DNA of 64,000 nt from Cyanobacteria bacterium P01_F01_bin.150 (GTDB lineage: Bacteria; Cyanobacteriota; Cyanobacteriia; CAKZMO01). The stretch spans positions 1 through 64,000 of the forward strand of contig JBCCYL010000012.1 in the NCBI GenBank assembly GCA_039189765.1, in the 5' to 3' direction. A model generated the notes under the pieces. It was not told the origin of the DNA. It made no database searches and was given only the letters and a program-made list of their open reading frames with translations. Positions 20,886 to 29,862 of the stretch are shown one piece after another. The position numbers and the translations under genes are program-made. Position 1 is the first letter of the stretch, and each line of letters opens with the position of its first letter.

Positions 20886-21566
20886 TTGTCCATGAACAAG
20901 AGAGAGGCGAGATGGAAAGACGTTGTAGAGCTTGCTATGCAGCAAATCGGCGCTGTAAGGGGAGGGGGCTTTAACAATAGTGCGCTGGCAAGAAGGATTG
21001 ATGCGATGCCTTCAACCGTAAGAAAATGGGTTGCGGAAGGTTCTGATCCTGACTCTATTTCTCACGGCACCATAGTTAAGGTTTGTGCTCTTGCTCAGAT
21101 AACGCTTATTCAGTTTCACGATTATATGGAGACTGGGAGTTATGAAAGCCCAAAGCGACAAGCCCTAGTCAATCCTCAACTGGCTAGGGCTATTGCGTTG
21201 CTTAAGGATGAGTCTCAAAAAATAAACTATACAATTCAACTATTGAAAGATGTGAGTGGAGTAATGGATTTTAGCCAGTTTTTTCAAGAGCAATTCAAAA
21301 AAGATGAGCGATCGCTTCAAGCGATCGCTCATCTGACCAATATTCCTATTGAGGCTCTTAAAAAGTTGAACTCAGGCGTTGTTCCTAGCGAAATTAAGTA
21401 TGAGCAATCTTACGTCCTACTTAACGTTTTCAATGTTGCCGAAGATTTTACTCCTCAAGACTTTGGCATATCTAACGATACTTCTATCCTTGATTTAGAG
21501 CAGCAGAATCATACACGCCATCAACAAACTCGACCAGAGACAAACGGCACCTCATCCCAGAAATAG
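20886..21566 (+). CDS. Repressor-like protein with two HTH domains
   Basis: NSALARRIDAMPSTVRKW and SLQAIAHLTNIPIEALKKL; divergent from the replication operon. Confidence 0.65.
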   Translation: MSMNKREARWKDVVELAMQQIGAVRGGGFNNSALARRIDAMPSTVRKWVAEGSDPDSISHGTIVKVCALAQITLIQFHDYMETGSYESPKRQALVNPQLARAIALLKDESQKINYTIQLLKDVSGVMDFSQFFQEQFKKDERSLQAIAHLTNIPIEALKKLNSGVVPSEIKYEQSYVLLNVFNVAEDFTPQDFGISNDTSILDLEQQNHTRHQQTRPETNGTSSQK

Positions 21567-22185
21567 GGTCTACCCAAAGCTGGAAGCTAGTTGTCCAGTC
21601 TTTCATTTTTCCCGGGGTTTGGCAGTGGATGGCTTTATATGAATGTTGACTGATAAACCCGTCTCGCTCTAGATAGTCTTCCATACTCATGAAGTCAGAT
21701 TGGCTCCACCGCCCCTTAGTATGCTCATCCATAAGCCATTGCATCTGACTCTTTCCAGTCATTGAACAATAGCCTTGAGACACCATTATTTTCTTGTTAG
21801 TGGCTGAGTTAATTAGTGCAATAGGGCGCTTATCCTTGAGTAACGCGCTATACCAATCATGCTGTTCCCTAAAGTCAGAAGGGAATTGAGGTAAAATGAG
21901 TGACTGAACTGGCTGCATCTTCTTAATTCGATTTAATATGGCAAGCGCTCGATTGCAAACCTCGCGAGTTCTATAAATCAAGCGCTTTGCCTGTACCTCT
22001 TCAGAATAAATCAAAATCAGCTTAGACTTTTGTATCGCGTCATTACTATATTCGCTTGTAACTCTGTCCCAGAGCAAGAAGAAGTTGTGGCGATATGCTG
22101 AGAATTGGGCCTCGTCACAGAAGACTAATAAAATCTCGCCTTTTTCAATTCTTTCAAGAGTTTTGGGCTTCAAATGTGACGGCAT
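21484..22185 (-). CDS. Hypothetical protein with a possible C-terminal PAS/MEKHLA-like domain
   Basis: PIALI...IMVSQGYCSMTG...LERDGFISQHSY pattern, by eye only. Confidence 0.35.
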   Translation of the reverse strand: MPSHLKPKTLERIEKGEILLVFCDEAQFSAYRHNFFLLWDRVTSEYSNDAIQKSKLILIYSEEVQAKRLIYRTREVCNRALAILNRIKKMQPVQSLILPQFPSDFREQHDWYSALLKDKRPIALINSATNKKIMVSQGYCSMTGKSQMQWLMDEHTKGRWSQSDFMSMEDYLERDGFISQHSYKAIHCQTPGKMKDWTTSFQLWVDPISGMRCRLSLVEFVDGVYDSAALNQG

Positions 22186-22256
22186 CGTAACTCCTGGGCT
22201 AACTAAAAGTATTTTAATGGAACATTAACGAATAAATTTAGTCTTAATGAAAAATG

Positions 22257-22355
22257 TTTCCATCACTCAGATGGAATTCATCATTTCTTCATAAAAAATG
22301 GTGATTTCCATCTGAGTGATGGAAATCACCATTTTTTATGAAGAAATGATGAATT
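22257..22355. repeat. Perfect 38-bp inverted repeat with 5-nt loop, preceded by an inverted copy of the loop hairpin
   Basis: Arms 22275-22312 and 22318-22355; 22257-22276 is the reverse complement of 22306-22325. Confidence 0.9.
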
Positions 22356-22384
22356 AGAAGGAGATTCAGTCAATCTCCTTCTAA
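22354..22384. terminator. 13-bp hairpin at the end of the early leftward operon
   Basis: TTAGAAGGAGATT-CAGTC-AATCTCCTTCTAA. Confidence 0.55.
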
Positions 22385-22615
22385 GGGCCTACTTTTCGAG
22401 CGCGGGTAATCGCTGCTGCGCAAACTTTGCAGTCTGAGGTTCAAGTTGATTATCTCTGCTGAATTTTTCCCATTGCCTAAAAGCGTCTGAGTAGCAAGTG
22501 GCAGGCAATTGCAGCTTGGTATTGCTGCAAAGATGAATTATCAACGTATAGTGCTGATGCTGACTGGCATTGCGAAGGCGCTTTCGCTCTATCGTATATT
22601 GCATCACGCCTCCCT

Positions 22616-22837
22616 TTAGTGTGTCCCAGCATCACTGCTATCATTCGGCCCGCAGTTGTCGGATTGATCTGAGTTTGTGTCGCTGCACCTTGGTGGGACG
22701 TATTCGGCTACTTGTTGCCCTGGTAGTGGCTCCGGAGCGTCTGGGACGGTTGTGGCGATCGCTTCGGCTGCGATGCCTACGCCAAGAGATAGGCCGACTG
22801 TGAGGCCGAGAAGGTGTGAGATTGGTGATAGTTTCAT
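22616..22837 (-). CDS. Small secreted protein
   Basis: MKLSPISHLLGLTVGLSLGVGIAAEAIA signal-like N-terminus; two Cys. Confidence 0.5.
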   Translation of the reverse strand: MKLSPISHLLGLTVGLSLGVGIAAEAIATTVPDAPEPLPGQQVAEYVPPRCSDTNSDQSDNCGPNDSSDAGTH

Positions 22838-23875
22838 GTCTGTTACTGAGTTTGTGGTTGTTGCGGGACTGCTTCGGACTTGCTTGTCTAAATTTCTTCT
22901 AAGGGAGTTACATTTAGCTGGCAAGTCTGAGGAGACTCTCCCAACAGAACGATCCTTTCTTTGACTAGATATTGTTTGCCAGCCACTTGAATCTTGTCTT
23001 TCAATCTAGGAATTTCATTTACTGCGAAAGTTTCGATCAGGTCTTCGTAGCCAGGAATCATTGGATGGCTTTGGCTCATTACTCTAATATCAATCATCGC
23101 CATTTTCCCTTAATCTAAATTCACTAAATGCTTGGCCAATCTCTGACACTCGTCTTTCGGCAGAAACACCCCGACAAAGCTCGTTTCGAATATCAGCCCC
23201 TCGACGAACGGATCGCCATGGTTGGTTCGTTGAATGGTGATGGGGCCTACTACTGCAATAGATACGCCTTCGTTGCCCATCAAAAAAACATCAACAGCCT
23301 CAATGAGAGAGCTTCTCAGCGTCCGATCAAGGTGGGTTAGCTGAGAGTTATCGCTATTGGTAAGCATGATCGCTTCCCGCCATGCAGTGATGGATGTGCC
23401 CTCGTCTGTGCGGTGATGCGATCGGAATTCTTGGCGGTTGGTTAGTAGGCTCATGGTCAATCATCTCCTTGAAAGTGGCAACTGGTCAAATAGTCAAACA
23501 ACGCACCTCCTGTTGCAGACATTCCCAACATCAATAGACTGGCTTCTTTACTGTTTAGCTTGTTGATTGCATCAGAAGTTATACCTGCATCTAAGTCAGG
23601 TCGTAGAAATTGAATTGAGTGATTTAGCAGTTTATCCATTACATTTCTCTGCTAATTTGTACAGGTCTCTTGTCTCGCCGTTGAACCATATTCGGTTGCC
23701 GTCGTATTCGTCATTGTCTAGGCGCATAGATCGCCCTGTTTTGTGGTGAACCATTAGCCCAAATCCTCCTCAACGATCCAGTCTTCATCTCTTGCTGTTT
23801 GCCATATCTGCCGAACAACAGCTACAGGATCAGCGCCCTGGCTGAAATATGGCTGCAAATCAAATGGTGTTGGCA

Positions 23876-24211
23876 TTATTTCTCCTGTGACTCCATTGAG
23901 TCATACCATTCCTTTTCTTGGCTAGTTTTGATCACGCACCCATCTGTTAGCAAGAAGCAGCAGCAGGCCGGGAAGAACCCCATAGCTAGCTCTTGCTCGT
24001 TCACTATCGAATTCTCGTGAGTGTCAATGCATTCCTGCATGTCTTCTCCGAGATACCGCACAACACACTCTCCACAAGCACCTGTATTACAAGACGCTGC
24101 CATTTTCACCCCGCCCTTACGTGCAGGCTTGAGTATGGGCTGGTCTGCGGGGATGGCGATCGTCTTACTGATCCCGCTTGGAGAAACGAAAGTGACGCTA
24201 TAAGTTTTCAT
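23876..24211 (-). CDS. [2Fe-2S] plant-type ferredoxin
   Basis: CNTGACGEC (Cx4Cx2C) plus a distal Cys; YSVTF...IKTSQE ends. Confidence 0.85.
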   Translation of the reverse strand: MKTYSVTFVSPSGISKTIAIPADQPILKPARKGGVKMAASCNTGACGECVVRYLGEDMQECIDTHENSIVNEQELAMGFFPACCCFLLTDGCVIKTSQEKEWYDSMESQEK

Positions 24212-24645
24212 CTGCTAGGACATCTAATTGATGCATCTCTAAAATCGCATCGACCTCAGAAATTATTTGAGCGTCGTCATGACCATACCAAGTACTTCCA
24301 TCCTGGTATGCTGGGACCCAACGGTGATAAGGAATGCCATCGGCGTACCACAAGCCGCGCACCATTTTTACTCGATTTCCGAGAGCTTGAACCGGGATTT
24401 CATCTACGTTCATCTTCATATTGAGCCTCCAATCACTACACTATCTACTACGCCAATACAGTCGCTCCTGCATTGCACAGGGAGGGTGGCGTGGACCGCT
24501 GCAATCGCAGGGCTAATTCACGTACTTTTGCAAACGCCACCCCTGACTATTATTTCTCCATATCGATCCGTCTTGAAGTTCGTAAAACCCATCACCTCTT
24601 TTATTTACTCCAATAGCATTGGCATGTTTTTGCATGTTATATCGT

Positions 24646-25029
24646 TCACAATTTCACCTCAAATCTTTCACTCATTCGCTGCATAATTTCATCAGGTACC
24701 CCATGATCGCTCTTGTTGCCATGGCGATTCTCTATAACCATTGTTACTATCTGTGCGCCGTACTTTTCGGCTAACTCAAAGTACGGCTGCATCTCCCATA
24801 ACTGAGTGAATGTATTAGCCACAGCAATGTTCTGGATGCCTAACTTAAGAGCAGCCTCTACGTTCGTACGGCATTGCTGATGAGCTTCCTTGATCTGGCT
24901 AGCATCGAACCTGTAGCCATCCAATCCCTCAAAGTGATCATCCGCACTCAACACAGTACTGCACAGGGCGCGGGCCGCTGTTGTTTTGCCGGAGCCGGGT
25001 AGGCCACGGAACAGGAATATGGTTTGCAT
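24646..25029 (-). CDS. P-loop polynucleotide-kinase-like protein (AAA_33)
   Basis: RGLPGSGKTT, SADD, VANT, HGVP...RM..RFE. Confidence 0.85.
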   Translation of the reverse strand: MQTIFLFRGLPGSGKTTAARALCSTVLSADDHFEGLDGYRFDASQIKEAHQQCRTNVEAALKLGIQNIAVANTFTQLWEMQPYFELAEKYGAQIVTMVIENRHGNKSDHGVPDEIMQRMSERFEVKL

Positions 25030-25107
25030 TGCTACAAACAGAAATGAATTAATGCGGCAAAGATGAATCCACAAGCTAAACCCCAATAGGCGCTGGGGTG
25101 GTTCCAA

Positions 25108-25563
25108 TCAATCATCTAAATTCTCCAGTAATTGCATTGCCTCTTGAACCGAGGCTGTTATATAGTCAGCCCCTATCTGGACTGACTTTTTTGAGACCGA
25201 TTCTTCTTCGTAGTGCAGCCACTTCCTAGGATCGGATTCAAAAACAATGGCGATATATTCCGTCTGCCCCTTAAGAGCTTTCCACGGCGAAGTGGATAAA
25301 CTCTGAGTCAGGGAGTGTAGTTTCACATTGTAGGCGTAGATGTAGCTGTGCCCGTAAGTCCCAGATATACAGGCACTTGCTGGCCTATCATCGCCAGTTA
25401 GCAAACATCCGGACTTAAGAATGCTTGCTAAATTTTTCCTCAACGTGAAGTGGAGGAAAATGGATTTTTCTCCCAAAAAAATCCATTTTTGTTTACCATC
25501 AAGATAGAACTCTGATGCCCATGGCGTTTTACGCGGCATCAGCAAGCGATCAATAGACATCAA
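25108..25563 (-). CDS. Putative ADP-ribosyltransferase-fold protein (DarT/Tpt1-like)
   Basis: LHFTLRKNLASILKSG motif, YIY strand, late EEE. Confidence 0.5.
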   Translation of the reverse strand: MMSIDRLLMPRKTPWASEFYLDGKQKWIFLGEKSIFLHFTLRKNLASILKSGCLLTGDDRPASACISGTYGHSYIYAYNVKLHSLTQSLSTSPWKALKGQTEYIAIVFESDPRKWLHYEEESVSKKSVQIGADYITASVQEAMQLLENLDD

Positions 25564-26086
25564 AACCTCTTACATCTACATATCTCAATCCTGCATTTTG
25601 GGCAAAGACACGATCGCTGTCTTTGCCGTTGGCGTAGTTGGGGATGCCAGAAAGATCCCCAACGTAGTGCGTTATCTCAAATCCATTGGCCTTGGCTAGC
25701 AAGGCCATTCCTGGAGAAGGCTTCCGAAATGATCCGCCATAGTGAGAAGCGTCAAGTGTCATCACGTGAACGATGATGCCTGACTCCCTTGCAAATCCAT
25801 GGCATTCTGCGCCATCTACCCCATTTTTGGACACGCTCCAATAGCAGCCTTGCAGCCCTGTGATGGATTTCATCAGGTATTCAAACTCTTTCATGACTAG
25901 TCCAACTCCTTTCCTTCGAGTTGGACCATCTTGATTGCTAATGATTATTCCTCCATTTTTGTTTATCCAATCAGCAACAGGCTTGATAATCTTCATATCT
26001 GCGGGGCTGGCCAAATTATTTGGATTGTTGGCAGCGTAGTCGAATACGCTACCGATCACCGTTCCGTCTCTATCGAATGCGTACAT
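25550..26086 (-). CDS. HAD-family polynucleotide 3'-phosphatase-like protein
   Basis: AFDRDGT, ISNQDG, RKPSPGM, YVGD...SDRVFA. Confidence 0.85.
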   Translation of the reverse strand: MYAFDRDGTVIGSVFDYAANNPNNLASPADMKIIKPVADWINKNGGIIISNQDGPTRRKGVGLVMKEFEYLMKSITGLQGCYWSVSKNGVDGAECHGFARESGIIVHVMTLDASHYGGSFRKPSPGMALLAKANGFEITHYVGDLSGIPNYANGKDSDRVFAQNAGLRYVDVRGFDVY

Positions 26087-26097
26087 AGCCCATCCTT

Positions 26098-26478
26098 TTA
26101 GTTGACTGCATCAACAAATCCAATATGGCTGAATTTGTTGACCTTACGGACTTCCCCTGTTTCGTGATCCATGACTTCCTCGGACACTCTTTCCGAAAAA
26201 GAGTAGACCGCCTTAATCCCTTCTTTTGCTAGAGACTTCTCCAGCTCTGACATTAAGTACGGAGCACCGCCAATCATGGCGGAGGAGGCTTTATGACTGA
26301 ATGCGATCGCTGCCAGCGCAGAAGCCCTGTGCTGAATCTCTTCTTTTGAAGGAAGCTCCTCAAAAAGGAGGAGTGCTTTGATACTCCTCTTGCTTTCAGG
26401 CTGGGACTCAATGACTCCAGCAGCGATTTGCTGAGGGGTAGCCTTGTGTTGCGTCAAGTTAATAATCATTCCATTCAT
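26098..26478 (-). CDS. Conserved phage protein, Csx20/Csx15-like (candidate ring nuclease)
   Basis: NLTQHKATPQQ ... MIGG ... YSFSERVSEE...GEVRKVNKFSHIGF. Confidence 0.45.
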   Translation of the reverse strand: MNGMIINLTQHKATPQQIAAGVIESQPESKRSIKALLLFEELPSKEEIQHRASALAAIAFSHKASSAMIGGAPYLMSELEKSLAKEGIKAVYSFSERVSEEVMDHETGEVRKVNKFSHIGFVDAVN

Positions 26479-26813
26479 TACCTCTAATTCAATATTTCAT
26501 CTCAGTCATAGGCTTTCGCCTAAACGAGAACCCTCTCTACTTTTGGCGGTTGCGATTGCCCAAGGGGAGTCTCAACCCCAGGTGACATCCCTGGGCGCAA
26601 AGGCCTGGCCTTTGCCCATGCCTCTTCGGAGGTCTTTTGAGGTGTGGAAGCCCACACCCTATATCCCGAGCCGTTGTCGTAGGTTACAACCCACATTGTT
26701 TTTGCGCTTTCCACGAATTGATTCCTCTTTAATTTTGCCAGTATAAGCCCTGCCGGAAGTGCCCTTTTCCAAGGCAACAACGGGCACTTTAACGGCATAC
26801 CCAGGCCGCTCGC

Positions 26814-27533
26814 CTACGCTACACTCCGCATCGCTCGATAGTACTCGAAGCCGCGAATCTGTCCTAAAGTGACCCACTGAGCATCAACCTCGAAATAATC
26901 ATCCATCTCCGCCACAAAATCATCATGGGTGGCCAACACCACTTCGGCCTCAACAACAGGCTCGGAATGCTCCCTAATATAAGCCGCCATATCTGACTCC
27001 TGAAACTGCGGCTCCAATTCATCGTACGCCCATTCTGCCGTGCGCCATGCCACATTAATGGCTAGTCGAGCCGCCGCCACAATCTCCTCACGATGCTGCC
27101 ATAACCAGTAGCCAGCTCGATAACAATGCAGCCCTAGATAACAGAGTAGCGCCAGAGTGAATCCCACTATCTGGAAATACAGTAACGCAGTACGCTTGGC
27201 GATCGCTCTCCAGTCCCACCCCTGCAACCACTCGAATACGTCGAAGGCTGCGTACATAGCGTGCTCAGCATACGGCGCTGCAATGGTGATTGCCTTGTGA
27301 GCTACAGGGGCAACGATCTCCTCAGTAGCCAAAAGAGTGTCACGGAAGCGCTTGAGTAGCTCTACAGCCACCTCCTCCCAGGTGTTGCGACGGCGAAGGT
27401 CGCCATACTGTGCAGCGAAGGAGTAGAGCGAAACGCCAAGCTTATCGGCAAAGCGTTGAGCGATGGTCTTTAGCACGGACATTTTCTCAGAAGCAATGGA
27501 AGCGAGTAGGTTATTGATGTCAGTAGCAGTCAT
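26814..27533 (-). CDS. Hypothetical membrane protein
   Basis: ATG with GGAG ribosome-binding site; hydrophobic segment LLYFQIVGFTLALLCYLGL. Confidence 0.55.
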   Translation of the reverse strand: MTATDINNLLASIASEKMSVLKTIAQRFADKLGVSLYSFAAQYGDLRRRNTWEEVAVELLKRFRDTLLATEEIVAPVAHKAITIAAPYAEHAMYAAFDVFEWLQGWDWRAIAKRTALLYFQIVGFTLALLCYLGLHCYRAGYWLWQHREEIVAAARLAINVAWRTAEWAYDELEPQFQESDMAAYIREHSEPVVEAEVVLATHDDFVAEMDDYFEVDAQWVTLGQIRGFEYYRAMRSVA

Positions 27534-27874
27534 AATCAATCTCCAAAATTGTGTAAACAAAGCAACCGTGTGGCCTAGCGATCGCCGGGGCTTGCACCCG
27601 GCTGGCGGCGTCAGACCGCGATCGCTTTCGTATCTACTGAGCAGGATTTGAAGGACCAACCATTAAACAGAGCTGATTTACTCCATTTTGATTAATTGTT
27701 CCTGTTAGGATTGACCGGGCTAACCCGTTAGCCCGTAAGGGCGTCATTCCGGTTTTCCTGAAGGCCGCACACAACTGAGCGTGCTGTGCTAATGAGACCT
27801 CTATTCCGTTAATAGTGCGAATTTCAGATTGAGCAGCCATAGCAGAACTCCAAAAATAGACAAAAACAAATAAC

Positions 27875-28278
27875 GTAGAACGCGGAATCCGAACGTGGAC
27901 TCCGGCGTTAGACGCGACCCGGATAACCGAGCCTCTCTCTCACAGTGGAATAACCGATACTGCTTGACCAATCGAGCTGGGATATTTAACGACCCTATAC
28001 CGCTTGGGTCGAAACGCCTAGCCAAGACTCGAATTCGGGCTGACCTCACCATGAGTAGGCGACCAGCAAAGCCCTCCGCTCTGCATTTTTCGCACGGAGG
28101 GGAGCTGGAAAGAAAATTTGCAATCGAAAGCCGAAAGGACTGCGGCAGTTTAGCGACCTACCTAGGTCGGTATATTGTAGGCCTTATCCTCAGTCCTGGA
28201 ACCCATCCCAGCGGGGAGGCCGTTCTCGGTGGCCGCGACCGTATTTGGTTTTCGAGGTGGAGCGGTGTGTCGCTCACA
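27875..28278 (-). ncRNA. Structured leader or candidate ncRNA (about 400 nt) with boxB/boxA-like 5' end
   Basis: Many nested stems; GAGCG..CGCTC hairpin followed by ACCTCGAAAACCAAATA; no credible ORF. Confidence 0.5.
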
Positions 28279-28284
28279 TTTATA

Positions 28285-28334
28285 GTTATAGCAATCAATT
28301 GTTATTAGTGTCAATAGAATGCTAGCAATTGATT
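28285..28334 (-). promoter_or_regulatory. Strong leftward promoter with overlapping operator-like inverted repeat
   Basis: TTGACA(28314-28309)-N18-TATAAC with extended TG; AATCAATTGTTA/TAGCAATTGATT inverted repeat. Confidence 0.7.
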
Positions 28335-28424
28335 GATTCTTTCCTTTTATGGGATGGTGAGTCATTCATAAAAAAGTGCTAACCTACTGCTAGTCGTAAA
28401 GTGTTAGCCTGAGGTTGTCTTGGA

Positions 28425-28658
28425 TTGGAGATTGATACAACAATGAAAACCCTCAGGCTAAGGTCGGGGTTGTCTCAAGAGGCGTTAGCTAAAAGCGTTG
28501 GGAAGACTGTTAGTGCTGTTAGTAAATGGGACCAAGGAAAAAGTTTTCCGGCTCTTTACCCAAGTGAAACAGTTTTGTTAACTCAAGTGCTCGACTGCAC
28601 ATTAGACGAGCTTGTCGAGGCCGAAAGGTTCTGGAGAGCCTCAAAGCAAGCTAAATAG
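28425..28658 (+). CDS. XRE/Cro-family HTH regulator
   Basis: LRLRSGLSQEALAKSVGKTVSAVSKWDQG; likely start at ATG 28443. Confidence 0.9.
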   Translation: MEIDTTMKTLRLRSGLSQEALAKSVGKTVSAVSKWDQGKSFPALYPSETVLLTQVLDCTLDELVEAERFWRASKQAK

Positions 28659-28696
28659 CCAGCAAATAATTACAACCACCAACTCAGTAACAGAAC

Positions 28697-29794
28697 ATGA
28701 ATAAAGACACCCAAATTGCAGTCTCAATAGACGTGCAAGAACTTCTAGATTCTTGGATCGAAGCACATGAAGCTGGAGAAAAATTCCCAGTGCCATTCGA
28801 GCAAGCGTTCCCGATGGCGGGATACAAAAACAAACGGACTGCTAAAGCCAAATTGCCGAAACGCTTGCTAGGAGAGCTTTTTGCAGTATCACTGCAAAAG
28901 TCTACAGGAGGTAGACCGTCAGAATTGATCAAACTCTCCATTGATGGATTAAAGCATCTTTGCCTAATGGCGGACACCGAGGAAGGGCATGCCATCCGTC
29001 AGTATTTTATCGAGTGTGAGAATAGGTTAAAAGAGTTGCAAGCCAGTGAAGAAATCTCTCTTCAACTCCCATCCAAAGAAGACAAGCTCAACCTAATTGA
29101 ACGCGGAATGGGCCTGCTAGAACGACTAGGTGGAATGGATGACCGAACCAAACTGATGTTGCAAGACCAGGTTCGTGACGTACTGATGCAGGATAAGCTT
29201 CAGCGCCCTGCATTGCCCAGTAACAACGACCGCCTAGAGTGGCCCATTAGTGATCGTGCCCGTGAGTTAGGATATCGTCCCAGCAAGAGCGAGTTACAGC
29301 GCATTGGCAAAATTGCGGCTGCGGTGTACAGAGATCGCCATGGGTACAACCCGCCGAAAAGAGAGCAATTTGTAGATGGCACTACGCGCAAGGTGAACTG
29401 CTACGGCAGGAAGGATCTGGATATTGTGGATGATGCGATCCAGTTAGGGGAAGCTCTGGCAGCTCACCGATGCTTTTCCCAGTTGCAGGGGTCTGTGTTG
29501 GGATATGAGCGAATCGTTACAAACAAGCAAGTCGCTGATTTTTTTGATGTTCCTGTCCAGAGCATAAGACAAGCTACCCTTCGGCACTCAATTGATGGAA
29601 TATTTATTGCCGGAGCCACTATGACAAGAAAACTCAGGAGTTTTAATCCTGCCTACGTAGACGTTAATGCAAGTAGATTGACGCTTTGGACTCCGAAGGC
29701 TGTTGCTTCCTATGCAGTTGAGCCAAATGCATTACAGAAATCACCTGTCAAAAGTGCGGTGATTAACAGCATGTTTGAATTTATAAGTGCATAG
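28697..29794 (+). CDS. Phage antirepressor-like DNA-binding protein
   Basis: FPVPFEQA...GY...GGRPS...IRQYFIECE N-terminal domain. Confidence 0.75.
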   Translation: MNKDTQIAVSIDVQELLDSWIEAHEAGEKFPVPFEQAFPMAGYKNKRTAKAKLPKRLLGELFAVSLQKSTGGRPSELIKLSIDGLKHLCLMADTEEGHAIRQYFIECENRLKELQASEEISLQLPSKEDKLNLIERGMGLLERLGGMDDRTKLMLQDQVRDVLMQDKLQRPALPSNNDRLEWPISDRARELGYRPSKSELQRIGKIAAAVYRDRHGYNPPKREQFVDGTTRKVNCYGRKDLDIVDDAIQLGEALAAHRCFSQLQGSVLGYERIVTNKQVADFFDVPVQSIRQATLRHSIDGIFIAGATMTRKLRSFNPAYVDVNASRLTLWTPKAVASYAVEPNALQKSPVKSAVINSMFEFISA

Positions 29795-29862
29795 CATCTA
29801 TACAATTTAGGCTATCTCCTCGAAGAGGCATCAAACAACCACAAACTCAGTAACGGAAAATT

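Noticed and set aside
22275..22355. Protelomerase telRL site
   Set aside because: It has a 5-nt asymmetric loop, no protelomerase is in the window, and an integrase is present
27570..28270. tRNA genes in the structured region (T-loop-like GGGTGCAAGCCC near 27587-27600)
   Set aside because: No cloverleaf with acceptor, D and anticodon arms could be built
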